A stretch of 64,000 nucleotides of DNA, counting the filler, from Chiloscyllium plagiosum (lineage: Eukaryota), in assembly GCF_004010195.1 (NCBI RefSeq). It is 15 parts of 15 records of this genome, joined end to end, with 100 filler letters (N's around TTAATTAATTAA, not from the genome) between each part and the next. Parts side by side here need not be neighbours in the genome. Positions count along the whole stretch, not along the records: positions 8,676 to 16,701 come from NW_025211133.1; positions 16,802 to 18,779 come from NW_025175572.1; positions 18,880 to 24,993 come from NW_025199735.1; positions 25,094 to 29,405 come from NW_025195087.1; 11 more parts are not named here. The stretch is one strand, 5' to 3'. Shown here in pieces: positions 11,714 through 25,333 of this stretch. The notes under the pieces are model-generated. The model was not told the DNA's origin. It saw only the letters and a list, made by a program, of their open reading frames with translations, and did no database searches. Every line of letters starts with the position of its first letter. The first letter of the stretch is position 1. Both the position numbers and the translations under genes were made by a program.

Positions 11714-12399
11714 GCACACAACATGGACAAAATAGTTTGAAAGTCCAATTTCATTATTTAATAGTTTTCCAGTATAAAAAGTAATCAATAGTCAATGCCT
11801 ACCAGGTTGTACATGGTGCATCACTCTCTCTCAACACACACACACACACAGACACATACACCTCAAGCTTACCATTTTTTGGTCCAGCAATACCGCCACA
11901 ATAAAACTTTACATTATATGAGATTAAAATGATAAAACATTTATTGAAGTCGTCAAGATCATTGCCTGTGATAGTTTTGCTAAATTTGCATTCTGAGTAC
12001 ACAGGACTGTAAAAATTAGATCCAGCACATAAAGAACCAATGAGGATTTTAGAAGCATCAGCAAAGTAGCTAAAAAGAGAGACTGAAATGATGTGCCACA
12101 GAAGGATGTGTGATGACATGAACGAAAATGATTAGACTGCCTGAAAGAAAAGGGGATCAAGACAAGGTAGGAAAACACCAGTGGTGACATTTAAATGCTG
12201 CAGAATTGTAAAAAGAATATGCGACAGACAAGAGAAATGGACAAGGATGATCAACCAGAACTACAGCTACCCAAAGTAAAATAGAAGAAGCTAAGAGTAG
12301 AAGCGTCCTCCAAAAAAAGATCTTGGATATGTTTTTTGTGGAGGATTGAGGTTTGGAGAGAATTAGATGACTGCTAATATTAAGAACATAAGGAGCAGA

Positions 12400-13705
12400 A
12401 GTAAACAATTTCAGGCCTTCAAGCCTGCTCTACCATTTATTACAACCATGGCTGATCTCATGTCAACCTCAGCTCCACTTTCCTGCCCACTCCCCACAAT
12501 CCTTTAGTCCATTAATTTCCTCAAATTTATTTCCTGTCCCAGTACACACTGCACTTAGATTGTGAATTCCACACACTCTCGACCCCCTGATATAAGTAAT
12601 TCCTCTCTATCTGTTGTGAATCTGCCACCCCTTAATTAAAATTATTACCTCTCATTCAGGATTGCCCACAAGGGGAAATGTTTGTTCTGCGTCTACTTCA
12701 TCAATCCCCTTTAACATCATATATAACTCAGTTAGATTTCCTCTCATTCTCATGTCGAGCAAGCATTGTCCAAAACTATACAATCTCCCTTCATAAGACA
12801 TACCTTTCATCTTTGGAATTAATCTAGTGAACATTCTCTGACCTTGTCTCCAAAGTAAATACATTCTTCCTCAAGCGAGGGGTCAAAATTGTACACTGTA
12901 CTTCAGCTGTGGTCTCACCAATGCCTTGTACAGTTGCAACAATACATCCTTACTGTTATACTCCATTACTTTAATAATGAATGTCAAAATTCTAATCACC
13001 CTCCTTATTACCTACTGGAAAGCATATTTGCAATTCATGCACAAAGATACTGGGATCTCTCTGCAGCAAAGCATTTTGAAGTTTTTCTCCATTTAGATAA
13101 TAACTTGCCTTGTTTTTCCCCAACCAAGATGGATAATCTCTCACTTATCCATGTTCACACGGATGATCCCTGGAATGACAGGTCTAACATATGAGGAACG
13201 GCTGAGGATACTGTGATTGTATTCGTTGGAGTTTAGAAGATTAAGGGGAGACTTAATAGAGACGTACAAAATAATACATGGCTTGGAAAAGGTGGATGCT
13301 AGGAAATTGTTTCAGTTAAACGAGGAGACTAGGACCCGTGGACACAGCCTTAGAATTAGAGGGGGTCATTTCAGAACAGAAATGCGGAGACATTTCTTCA
13401 GCCAGAGAGTGGTGGGCCTGTGGAATTCATTGCCACGGAGTGCAGTGGAAGCCGGGACGCTAAACGTCTTCAAGGCCGAGATTGATAGATTCTTGTTGTC
13501 TAGAGGAATTAAGGGCTACGGGGAGAATGCTGGTAAGTGGAGCTGAAATGCGGATTCTTGTTGTCTAGAGGAATTAAGGGCTACGGGGAGAATGCTGGTA
13601 AGTGGAGCTGAAATGCGCATCAGCCATGATTGAATGGCGGAGTGGACTCGATGGGCCGAATGGCCTTACTTCCACTCCTATGTCTTATGGTCTTATGGTC
13701 TTATC
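12400..13705. mobile_element. CR1 LINE fragments (minus about 12400-13150; young plus-strand 3' end about 13160-13705)
   Basis: YSLEFRRLRGDLIETYKI...TRGHSL...FFSQRVVGLWNSLP; internal ~63-bp duplication; (ttatggtc)n tail. Confidence 0.88.
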
Positions 13706-14519
13706 ATTGGACACAGAATTTATAGTAAATTCAGATGGCAGCTGAAAAATGTGAATACTGAGAGTGTATTCTCAGTAAGGGAGGGATTTCAGAGGCAGTG
13801 GGCACTGTGCTCCTGAATGTGTTGCCGAATTCCGAGGGGATTTTCTGGATCCAGGGTCACAGCAGTCATGGCTGCCTGCCCAGCCAATGCTGGCTCCCCA
13901 TAGTCATATTTCAGTGGTTAATTAACCCAAAACTAGGTGCAGCAATATTACCTTCCAGGGAGGGGAGCTGTCTGAGGGAGGGAGGTTGAACTCTTGCAGC
14001 CCCAAGAGAGGTTGCGGTGGATTAATGACAGGTATGACCACCATGAAGGTGCCACCTTCTCTCCCCCTGCCCCAGCTGGGATGACCTTCAGGTTAAAAGT
14101 GTGACTGCTCTGGGATGATGACCACATTCCTGGGTGACGGAGGGAAGGCCAACCTCTCCCAAAGACAGCACAAGCTGGATCGAAGGGACATCAAGAGTAA
14201 GCATGGGGAGATTGAGGGTGACAGAAGGAGGGGGTTGGTTGGCAGGTTGTTATTCAGAGTCAGTCCCAGAGCATCAGTACTTCTGACACTCCCCTTTTTA
14301 TCTGTCAGCCAGGACTCCCTGATTGGACAAAGTTAACTGTCCCTGTCAGGGAACTCGTATTTTATCAAAAAGAATAAAGCATTTATTGAACAAGGAGCTC
14401 AAGAGCTAAACGACACTAGACAAAATGAATGGTTTGAATGATTTCATCATGGACACCGCAAATAAGATTTGGGGAAGACTGTTTTCACTCAGCGGTTGGT
14501 GGGAATCTGGAATGGACTG

Positions 14520-14733
14520 TCATAGAATCCCTACTGTAAGGATACAGGCCATTTGGCCCAACAAGTCCACACTGACCCTTGGAAGAGTAACCCACCCAAG
14601 ACCCAATCCCCTATCCCATTACTCTACTTTTGCCCTGACTAATGAACCTAATCTACACATCCCTGATCACTATGGGCAACTTAGCACAGCCAATTCACCT
14701 AACTCGCACCACTTTAGATTGTGGAAGGAAACC
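14520..14733 (-). mobile_element. V-SINE fragment
   Basis: Reverse match to the 3' half of the SINE at 24524. Confidence 0.7.
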
Positions 14734-15129
14734 NNNNNNNNNNNNNNNNNNNNNNNNNNNNNNNNNNNNNNNNNNNNNNNNNNNNNNNNNNNNNNNNNNN
14801 NNNNNNNNNNNNNNNNNNNNNNNNNNNNNNNNNNNNNNNNNNNNNNNNNNNNNNNNNNNNNNNNNNNNNNNNNNNNNNNNNNNNNNNNNNNNNNCCCCAC
14901 AGTGCACCCTATCCCTCCACTTCTCCCTCTTCACCTCATCCCCACCTTCCCACTCCCCCACCTCACTCCACAACCCACCTCCGTCCCAATCTTCTTTCTC
15001 TCCCACACCCATTCCCCCGTGCTGCATCACAACCAACCCTCACCCACGAAATGCCCTCACCCTTCCCCCCTCCCCTCCTTCAGCCAACTTGGTCCCATCC
15101 CGAAAACCTCACCCCTGTGCCTTGCCCCA

Positions 15130-16701
15130 TATTTACTATCCCCCCCAACCTCAAACTCTCTGAGGCCAAATGTCTATCCTCAGGAAAGGGCTCATGGTCA
15201 TTCCCGTCCGACCCCACCTCAAAAAGTCCCAACCTTCTACTGCTGCCTTGACTTCCGTGTCTTCTTCTTTAACAAAAACTCCCAACCTCCCTCTGAGGAC
15301 CTCTACTCCCACCTCCCACTTTCCTCCTCTATTTGGTTACCCCCCACCACCAGTTGTGTACACACCTGAGACCTCTTCATTGCTGACTGTTGATGTGCCA
15401 TCAGCCACCTCAATTTCTCCCCTCACTCTCTCCAACCACATCCCCTCCGATTGAGCACTCCACTCTCTCTGCGCCAACCCTTGGTTCACCATCCAACCCT
15501 TTGACAAAGGTGGGGTGGTTTTAGGCTGGGGAACAAACCTACATGTCACAGAGGCCAAATGCCAACTCTCAGATACCACGTCCTACTTCCCCCTTGCCCA
15601 TAACCCCGCCGTGACCCATCAAGCCAAAATCACTCACACTGTCAATGCCTCCATTGCCTGCAGTGATCTCCCCTCCACTGTCTCCAATCTCATAGTCTCC
15701 CAGCCCTGCATTGCCCAGTTCTACCTGTTCCCCAAGATCCACAAGCCCAACTATCCGGTTGACCCATCGTCTCAGCATGCCCCTGCCCCACCGAACTCAT
15801 CTTGGCCTACCTCAACTTTCCTCCTTGGTTCAGGCACTGTCCACCTATATCCGCTACACCAACCATGCCCTCCATCTCTTCAGTAACCTCCAGTTCCCCG
15901 GCCCTAAGTGCTTTATCTCCACTATGAATGTGCAGTCCTTATATATGTCCATACCCCACAAGGATAGCCTCCAGGCCCAATACCTTTTCCTCTGCAACAG
16001 ACCCATCCAGTCCCCCTCCACCAAGACACTCCTCTGTCTAGCCAAACTGGTCCAGGGGATGGTGATGGGCACCCGGTTGAGCTATGTCGACCAGTCCCTC
16101 TTCAGCAACTATACAGGCACTGTGCCCCAACTCTTCTGCCATTATATCAGTGACTACATCGGTGCAGCATCCTGCACCCAGGCTGAACTGGAGCAGTTCA
16201 TTGACTTTCCCCACAACTTTCACCCTGTCCTCAATTTCACTTCATCCATCTCAGACACCTCCCTGCCCTTTCTTCACCTCTCCATTTCCAATTATGGCGA
16301 TAATCTTCAGACAGACATTTACTAAAAACCCACAGACTCCCATTACTACCTGGACTACACCTCCTCCCAACCAGTATCCTGCAAGAACTCCACCCCATTC
16401 TCCCAATTCCTCTGCCTCCACTCCATCTGCTCGGAGACATTTCGCTGATCACGGATGTCCACCTGTTATGAACAACGTGCTTTTCCTCCTTCTGTCATCC
16501 ACTGCACCACCTCCATTTCCCGTTCCATTGCTCTAAACCCACCCCCCTCCAAACACAATAAAGTCAGAGTCCACATTGTCCTCAACTATTACCAATCCCT
16601 GTACCAATTAACGCATCATCCTTAAACACTTCCACCAACTCCAATTAGACCACACCACCAAGAACATCTTCCTCTCCCCACCCCTGGCTGCCTTCCACAA
16701 G
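15130..16701 (+). mobile_element. Penelope-like element RT region, degenerate
   Basis: FYLFPKIHKPNYP, YIR.T.H.L, TMNVQSLY.SIPH, QGM.MGT, Y.SD.IG, LPFL.LSI, DIY.KP motifs with frameshifts. Confidence 0.85.
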
Positions 16702-18053
16702 NNNNNNNNNNNNNNNNNNNNNNNNNNNNNNNNNNNNNNNNNNNNTTAATTAATTAANNNNNNNNNNNNNNNNNNNNNNNNNNNNNNNNNNNNNNNNNNN
16801 NTTGCACGTTCTGTACTCCATATTAGTTTCTATTGGTTTGAGATTTCAGTATAGACCGGAAGCCTCCCTTGTTTCTCTTTATCTCCCCCTCCATGTCCTT
16901 TGGTGTCCAGAGCTCGCTGCATTCTTGGTACCACGCAGTGGCTTCCTGGGAAATGTCCTCCCTGTGATTTTCCTATCTCTTTCTTAAATGTGTCACACTG
17001 CTCTGACTCAGATTTACCAATAAGTGTCAGCTTCCAGTCCACTCTGGTCAAGTCATTACCTGATCTTACTAAAACTGTCCTTCCCCTTTTCAGAACTTTG
17101 GGCCAATTTCTATTCCTTTGCAGTACAATCTGAAATCCAACTGATTTACCATCACTGTCTGCAAAGTGCTCCACCATTGGTGTTTTACCCACTGAGTCGA
17201 CTTCATTCCCTAAAGTTAAGTCCAGGTTCGCCCCTCTCTTGCAAGGTCTGGATTAAAATTCTCTGTATTAAACACATACTTTGTTAAAATATTCTCCTGG
17301 GGGCATTTTCAGAATTGTGCTCCCTCTAAATTTTTGACAAAGTGAATATCCAAGCCTATGCAGAGGAAGTGAAAAACCTCTTTTCTCATTCCCCTATTTA
17401 ATTTACATGTCTCTGAAATTTGCCCATGTATTTGCACTTGGTCTTTTGGACCAATAGTAAGGTCTATCATGCTCTCCCAGGAGTTATGTTTGCTGTGTTT
17501 TGGTTTTGAAGTACTGTCCATTTGCCTTTGTTCAAGGAGGTATCCATGATTTCATTTCTCTTTACAGCCTAAAATATTCTTGTCAGAATTGCGACAGAAG
17601 CAACATTCTGTACCGCACACCCCCGCCCCATCCTTTTCCATCTTTCCCTGTCTCGCCTGAAGGCACTAAATCCTGGAATATTGAACAGCCACTCCTGCCC
17701 GGCTCTCAATATGTCTCCGTGATAGCAACGGCATCATATCTTCATTTATGCCAGTAATTCGTATGCCTTGTTCATCAGACTCTGTCATTAAAACGAATAC
17801 CATCCAACGTTGCTATCTCCCTTCTGATGTTACCGGCCTATAGTTTCTCTGCCTCCTTGACTCCCTTGCTGTGTCCTCTCAGTTTAGCCTTTCACATTGT
17901 CCTGCTGATCTTTCTGTGTGGATCCCAGCTTCTCCAGCAATCTGCACAATTATGATTCTTGTATCCATTAAACACAAGAAACCTTGATATATGAGGACTG
18001 ATTGTATTTGTTATGAAATTTGTTGGATAATGTATGCAATGTATTTCCTAAAG

Positions 18054-18365
18054 GTCCAGATATTCTCCAACCAACTCTTCTCCTAACTGTGAGCTCCAGT
18101 GAAGACATCGCAAGCAGCAAGTTTGCAACCGTCGTCTGTTCAATCATCGAGTTCCATCCGAAGTCAATCTCCGTGAGTTGGTTGAAAAATGGCCGACCCT
18201 TGGATTCTGGCTTCTTCACGTCTCCCGTGTGTGAGGCGAACGGGAACTTCTCGGTGACGAGTCGGCTGATGGTCCCTTATGGTGAATGGTATAACAGCGC
18301 AGTCTATACCTGTCAGGTCACTCATGGAGAGAACACTCAAAGTAAAAACATCACCGCACTCCAGG
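18054..18365 (+). CDS. IGHM: IgM heavy chain Cmu2 exon (open frame)
   Basis: [70 protein letters not shown]; AG/GT, 312 nt, phase 1. Confidence 0.9.
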
Positions 18366-18879
18366 GTAAGAGACACAGACTGAGAGAGCTACAAATCGCT
18401 CTGAACTCTGATGTGAATCAAACACACTAATTTATCAGGCGTAGTAAACAGCACGGTACAGCTTCTCATTCCCCAACATGCCACATATCTCATTTCAGTT
18501 TGAGTGTTACATTAGCATTGCTCATAATTCTACCTTTTGGCAAGTCAGAAAAGCATGTTTCCTCTCTGTTGAAGATAGATATGTAGACAGTGAGCTTTGT
18601 TAAATAGTTTGTTGCCTGACCATGCTGGGAGAGGCATTCAGAGTGCTGAATCCTTGCCTGGTAGCTGCTTCAAGGATAGGTTTGGGGTGGAGGGGGGATA
18701 TTGGAGAGATATCTGATTGAAACAGAGAAAATACTGAGAGACTGATGTCGAGTGAATGTGGAATAGGTGTTTTGACTGGNNNNNNNNNNNNNNNNNNNNN
18801 NNNNNNNNNNNNNNNNNNNNNNNTTAATTAATTAANNNNNNNNNNNNNNNNNNNNNNNNNNNNNNNNNNNNNNNNNNNN

Positions 18880-19600
18880 GATCCATTTATTCCAACTCTC
18901 TGCTTTCTATCTACCAACGGGTTCTCTCTCCATGTCAATACATTACTCCAATATCATGAGGTTTAATGTAACTCACTAATCTCTTGTATGGGACCTTGTC
19001 AAAAGCCTTTTGAAATTCCAGATACACAATATCCACTGAGTTCTGAGGGAGGGTCACTCAATCTGAAACTCTAACTTTGAATGTTCTCCACAGATACTGC
19101 CAGATCTGCCAAAATTTTTCATCAATTTTTGTTTTTGTTGTCCACTCGCAACTGAACACATCCTCAAAACCTTCCAGAAGATGTGTCAGGCCTGATTTTC
19201 CTTTCGTAAATCCATGCTGACTTGGACCGATCTTGTCACTGCTTTCCAAATGCTCGGTTATTATATCTTTAATAACTGATTCCAGTGTTTTCCTCATGTA
19301 TAATTCCTCTTTTTCACTCTCCCTCCTTTTATTAAAAAGTGGGGTTACATTGGAAACTGTCCAGTCCATTGGAACTCTGTCAGAGTCGACAGAATGCCAG
19401 AAAATGATCACCAATGTGCCCACTATTTCTACACTCACTTTCTTAAGGACTCTGAGTTGCAGAGCATTAGGCCCTGGGGACATATTAAGTTTTGATAGCA
19501 TCAGCTTCTCCAAGACCATTTCCTGACTAACAAGGATTACCTTCAGTTCCTCCTTCACACTTGACCCTCTATCCCCCTGCATTTCCTTTCAACAGGATGT
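18880..19600 (-). mobile_element. CR1 LINE RT fragment
   Basis: SPGPNAL..RVLK..W..SNVTPLFNK..SQHGFTKGKS.LT.LLE.FE. Confidence 0.85.
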
Positions 19601-22600
19601 GCATCCCTGGATGTTTAGTTCCTAGCCCTGATCCCCTTGCAGCCACGTCCCTGCGCTACAGGCTCATTTATCTCGTTTCATAAACTCGATGCATCGAAGT
19701 ACAACACCCTCAGTCGTGCACTGACTGTCTCCTTCTCATAGTTATCTCCTTTAGAATTCATAGAAACCCTACAGTGTGGAAGCAGGCCATTCAGCTCATA
19801 CTGACCTGCAAAAAGCATCCCACCCACCCTACAATACCCAAAGATAATCCTCCTAACCTACACTTCTTTGTGACAATGGGAGGAAACCCAAGTAGACACG
19901 GGGAGAATGTGTAAACTCCACACAGTCAGTCAGTTGGAATTGAGTCTGTGTCTCCGGAGCTGTGAGTCAGCAGTGCTAACCATTGATCCACCATTCCACC
20001 CTGTGGTGCCTCAAGTTCGATTCCAGATTCTTTCCACACTCCCTATCCTATTACTTGGTCTGGATGCTTTAATAAAATGTCCTGAGTCCCTACCTTCTTT
20101 AATTAGTTTAAATTCCTCAGAAGCTTTATTTACATTGGTTTGTGTGGTACCACTTTGTCTACATTATTCCGAATGGGTCATGCATTAAGAGACAAAGCCT
20201 TTAAGTTTGTTCTATATTGATCTTCCCTGCACTTTTAAGTTTCCTCAGTACAAAATGACATTCATAATACTCTGTCCCTTTCCTTTTATTTTCTCGTAAC
20301 AATCAATCCCATCACTACCCAGTAATCCTACCTTCTCCCTTAAATTTCATTTCCTCAATTTCCATCCAACTGTTCCAGTTACTTTTTCTTTGAATCGTAC
20401 TCAGGCTGATATTTATCCCTGAACAAACATCTCTCAAAATGTTCCTTGGTTCATTGTTACTTGTGGGATCTTGCTGTGTACAATCTGGCTTGCACATTTC
20501 GTTCATTACAACAGTGACCACATTTCAAACAAGTCTGTCTGCAAATGTCTTTGGGACAGTATGAATCTTTCTTTTCTTTGGATGAACTGGGAGTCTTTCA
20601 GATGTGAAAGATGCCGTTCCAATATTGCACAGTCCTCCTCCTCAACTACAGTTTCTGTTTTGTCCCTCTCTTTTGTGAAAACAGACCGGAAGTTTTCATG
20701 AGGAACCATTGCTCCATCTCCCACCACCGCAAACAAGTTCCCTTCCTGCTCTCGAATGGGCCCTCATACATTCCTTCATTCTCTTCCTGTTTCTGTGATT
20801 ATAAACATCACTGGGATTTCCCTGACTTCATTTGGACACATTTCATCCTGTCAGTTCTGTGCTTTCCTCAGGTCCTGGTTAATTTCCCCCATGCATTTTG
20901 TCTTTCAGCCCACTATTACCCAATCCCTGCCCCTGTTCAGTAAAATTGTTTGTTCCCAAATGAAAACTTTTCCACTTGCTCCGTGGTTCTCCATTTCCAT
21001 CCCTCCTCTCAATCTCACTGAGTTCTGATCACTGTCACTGAAATGCTCCCCCATTGAGAGCCCTTCCAGCTGCCCTCATTCATTCCATAAATGATGGTCC
21101 AAAACTCTCCCTTCTTTTTCACCATCACCTTCTCTGGGGCAATTAGGGATGGACAATAAATGCTCACCCTGCCAGTGACAGTCACATCCCAAGAAGCAAT
21201 TTTAAAAGGCCCTGTCCTTTTATGGGGTCTGTTAGGTATTGAATACAAATGTTCAAATGGATTGTTTTGCCAGTGAATGTTCAGAGTTGAAATCCCTTTG
21301 AATGGCAGGGATTAAAATTGTTTCTCTTGTCTTTCAGGCCGTGAAAACTCTCAGCCCAAGCTGACCCTGCTGCCCCCCTCCCCAGAGCAGGAAGGAGATC
21401 TGGTTTACTGAAGCAGGGCACTCAATGCCAAGGGCACTGCCACCCTGGTGTGCCTTGCCAATCACTTCTATCCCGATGAGCTGGAGGTGCAGTGGAAGAA
21501 GGACGGTGCAGTCATTTCGGACGGGGTTCAGACCAGCAACTACCTGCGAGCTTCAGACAGCACCTACAGTGTCAGCAGCCTGCTGACCCTCTCTGGGTCT
21601 GACTGGGAGTCCAACGCTCGCTTCTCCTGTGCCCTCACCCACGTGACCCTCCCCTCTCCCCTCAGCAAGAGCATCAGGAGATCAGAATGTGTGTAGAGTG
21701 TTTGAGATAGTCCACAGAGGAGACACAACTTTAAATAGAACAGGGCTGAGCTGGCAGGACAAAGGTCATTGTCAGCATTGAATTTCAACTCTCTTCCTTC
21801 TTGGGATTGGCTCAGAGACACTTCTGAGGTTCAAGGGTTAAGGCAGGTCATTGGGATCATCAAAAACAAGCTTTACTCTGTATCAAACCCCATGCTGACC
21901 CTGTTCTGGGAGTGTTTGATTGAACAGTGAAGACTCGTGATGCCAAGTAAAACCTCTCGAAGATGCTGAAAACTGTCAGCTGTACAAAACAATGTGAACC
22001 TCAGAAGTCTCTGCTTCAGTAAACCAGATCTCCTTCCTGCTCAGCTGCCAGTTCCAATTTAAGCTTCTGTCACTGTTTAAAGGGTCAGGATTCTTACGTC
22101 ATTGAGAAAATCTCCACAAGTGTTTTCCTCAAGCTCCATTATGGCTGTGAATCTGTGCGGCTTCCTCTGTCTGAGCTGTTAATTGAAGTCTGTTTTCTGT
22201 CAATGTCAATCTGGAAAAAGGAATAAAGATGAAGAAGATTCAGTCTCTGTCTCGTGTGTGCTTTGGAAATGGCCAGAGTTGAAACCTCAGGGAAAGGTGT
22301 GTGAAGTGTTAACCTCCACCTTCAAGGCCTGGAACAAGAGGGGGGAATTGAGGGGGTAATGAGGTCCCTGGAGCAGGAGGGCAATTCTACAACTGTGTCC
22401 AGGAGGGGTACTTTCAGAAGGAATGCAGGGTCCCAAGGAATTCTTTCCCAATAAATGGAGAAAAGAAGGAATGCAGGAAGGGACACTGGGGAACACAATA
22501 ATCTGATGGAAATTCCCTCACCCATCCCTTAGGCACAGCAAGATCCCAGGCCAAGAAATTCAACTCAGCTGTTGTGAGCCAGTGCCATTGGGAACCCTGT

Positions 22601-24480
22601 ATTCATGAATATGACCAGCAGGCTCTTGTTACTCGGAATAACAATTCTACAGTGTTTGAGAAATAAATATTCCATAAACTAGACCTGGGTTTTCTTTCCT
22701 CTTCAAATGGGATGGAATTGCCCCGGGTAAAACTCCTCTGAACCACCTCTAATGCATTTATATTCTTCCTTCAATAAGGAGACCAAAACTACACACATTA
22801 TTTGAGATGTGGTCACACCAATGTCCAGGAATAACTGAAACATCACAGTCTCACTTTCTGGTCCCAAATCACACTTACTCTTACTTTTACCAGCCTTTTT
22901 ACTGTCCATCTTTAATTGTCCTGGACAAGATGGTGCTGTAGGTAGACCCACAATGTCCTTAGGAAGGGAATTGCAGAATTCTGACCCAGTGATAATATTT
23001 CCAAGTCAAACTGGTGAATAACTTAGAGGGAACCTGCTGGGGTGATGTTCCCATTTTATCTGCTGCCCTTGTCCATCTTGATTCAAGTAATCATGGGTTC
23101 AGAAGGTGTTGTCTCAGGACTTTTGATGAATTTATTGCAGTGCATCTTGTAAATAGTACACACAGATGTTACTGAGTGTTGGTGTGGAGGGAATGGATGT
23201 GTGTGGAAGTGGTGCCAATCAAACGGGCTATAATTTGATNNNNNNNNNNNNNNNNNNNNNNNNNNNNNNNNNNNNNNNNNNNNNNNNNNNNNNNNNNNNN
23301 NNNNNNNNNNNNNNNNNNNNNNNNNNNNNNNNNNNNNNNNNNNNNNNNNNNNNNNNNNNNNNNNAAGCTTCAGTGTTTGCGCTCAGTGTGCATTTTCCCT
23401 TGCTAATTGCCCCCCTTTTACATGATAATGAGGAAAGAACGCTTGTTGGTTCAGTTTTCTTTTAATCATTTCAGAATATTCAAAGCTGCGAGCACAGAGC
23501 AGTCACGTTCCCAGACAAGATGGTGAGGTCCCACAGACAGTAAACGATTGACGAAACACATCTGTTTTGTTGGCACTAGTTGAATAGCGAGCAGGACAGC
23601 CAAGGGAACCTTTCAGAATGGGATCTTGTCGAGCCCGCTGAGGTGGGGTGGGGGTGGTCGGGGTGTGATGGTGGTGGAGCCTCAAATGATGGTGCCAGAG
23701 ACTCTGCAACTTTCAGCAGTGCACCACAGTCTCAGCCTGGATTCTGTGTTCTAATTTCTGAGGTGGCTTTCAACCCGATGACCATTTTGACGATGAGGCA
23801 GGAGCATTGCCCATAGAGCCACGGGCAGTAACACTGTAAACTGTGTGGCTCTGAAAGCCTGAGTCTGCACCTCAGCTCGGAAAGATATCAGCTCATTCAT
23901 CAAATCTGTTTCTGCCCCTCTGCAGGCTGACCAGGCTGCCGGTGCCTTTCCAACACTCCCACATTTCCTCTTGTGCTACAGCTCATTCTCCTGAGGGATG
24001 GTTGTGCTCGGAGTCGAAACGTGTGGTGCTGGAAAAGCCCAGCAGGTCAGGCAGTTGTGCTCAGGCCGAGGACATGGCCTTGTCCCTCTGTCAGATCCTC
24101 TTCGAGAAACTCATGGCTCACCACCCCCCTCTGCAGGAAAAGTAGGGAAGAGCAACAAGCAAGGATGGAGGTAGCGACGTGGGGCTTCAAATGCTGATCT
24201 TTGCACTTTGGTGGCACGCTTTGATGGCTGCTTGTAAGATCTTTGCGTATAACTATATTTTTGCTGATCCCGCTGCTAATCTGAAGGACACTCCACCATT
24301 CAGTCTGACAAACCAGGTTCACTTATTTCAAGGCTCTGTTTTTGGGCGAGGCTCCAGTCTTTCAAAGAGATGAATTCAAGCCTCACCAGTTTGTTCATTT
24401 GAATTGGATGCCATTTATTTTAAATTCTCCTGGGATGGGGCGGGCGTTGATGTGTCGGTTATTTGTTGCTCTTCCCGAAT
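19143..24480 (+). repeat. Paralogous kappa-C cluster block, homologous to about 53143-60765
   Basis: Colinear high similarity across the J-C intron end, C exon and 3' flank. Confidence 0.85.
21338..21696 (+). pseudogene. IGKC: Ig kappa C exon with a 30-nt insertion introducing TGA (21409-21411)
   Basis: RENSQPKLTLLPPSPEQ[EGDLVY*SRAL]NAKGTATLVC...RSECV*; AATAAA at 22222. Confidence 0.9.
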
Positions 24481-24523
24481 TGTCCTGGAGGTGGCGATGG
24501 TGAACCATGTAATATCACCATTT

Positions 24524-24843
24524 GGCGGCACGGTGGCACAGTGGTTAGCACTGCTGCTTCACAGCGCCAGAGACCTGGGTTCAATTCCCGCCTCAGGCGA
24601 CTGACTGTGTGGAGTTTGCACATTCTCCCCGTGTCTGCGTGGGTTTCCTCCGGGTGCTCCGGTTTCCTCCCACAGTCCAAAGATGTGCAGGTCAGGTGAA
24701 TTGGCCATGCTAAATTGTCCGTAGTGTTAGGTAAGGGGTAAATGTAGGGGTTTGGTTGGTTGCGCTTCGGCGGGTCGGTGTGGACTTGTTGGGCCGAAGG
24801 GCCTGTTTCCACACTGTAAAGTAATCTAATCTAATCTAATCTG
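24524..24843 (+). mobile_element. Young full-length V-SINE (HE1-like)
   Basis: tRNA A/B boxes (tggcacagtgg, ggttcaattcc), V-domain, (taatc)n tail. Confidence 0.92.
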
Positions 24844-25333
24844 GGAAGCAACTGACAGGTCATTCCCACTGGAATCCACTGGAATGACTGCGGGTTTATT
24901 AATGGAAGGAGTCATTACCCATAATCCTCAGCTGCAGTGCAAGTACTCTATAGTTAGTGTAAGGCAGCTGTTCCACTGTGCCCGCACAATATANNNNNNN
25001 NNNNNNNNNNNNNNNNNNNNNNNNNNNNNNNNNNNNNTTAATTAATTAANNNNNNNNNNNNNNNNNNNNNNNNNNNNNNNNNNNNNNNNNNNNCCAGGTT
25101 CACCCCTCTCTTGCAAGGTCTGGATTAAAATTCTCTGTATTAAACACATACTTTGTTAAAATATTCTACTGGGGGCATTTTCAGAATTCTGCTTGCTCTA
25201 AACCTTTGGCAAAATGAATATCCAAGCCGAAGCTGAGGAAGTTAAAAACCTCTTTTCTCATTCCGTTATTTAAATTACGTTTCTCTGAAATTTGCCCTTG
25301 TGTCTGCACTTGGTCTTTTGGACCTAGTGTAAG

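Noticed and set aside
19038-19142. Shared insertion hotspot: Penelope-like fragment here and the L1 5' end at the paralogous position near 53135
   Set aside because: Only two events with imprecise breakpoints; coincidence cannot be excluded.
24524-24600. tRNA gene
   Set aside because: It is the tRNA-derived head of a V-SINE, continuing into SINE body and tail.
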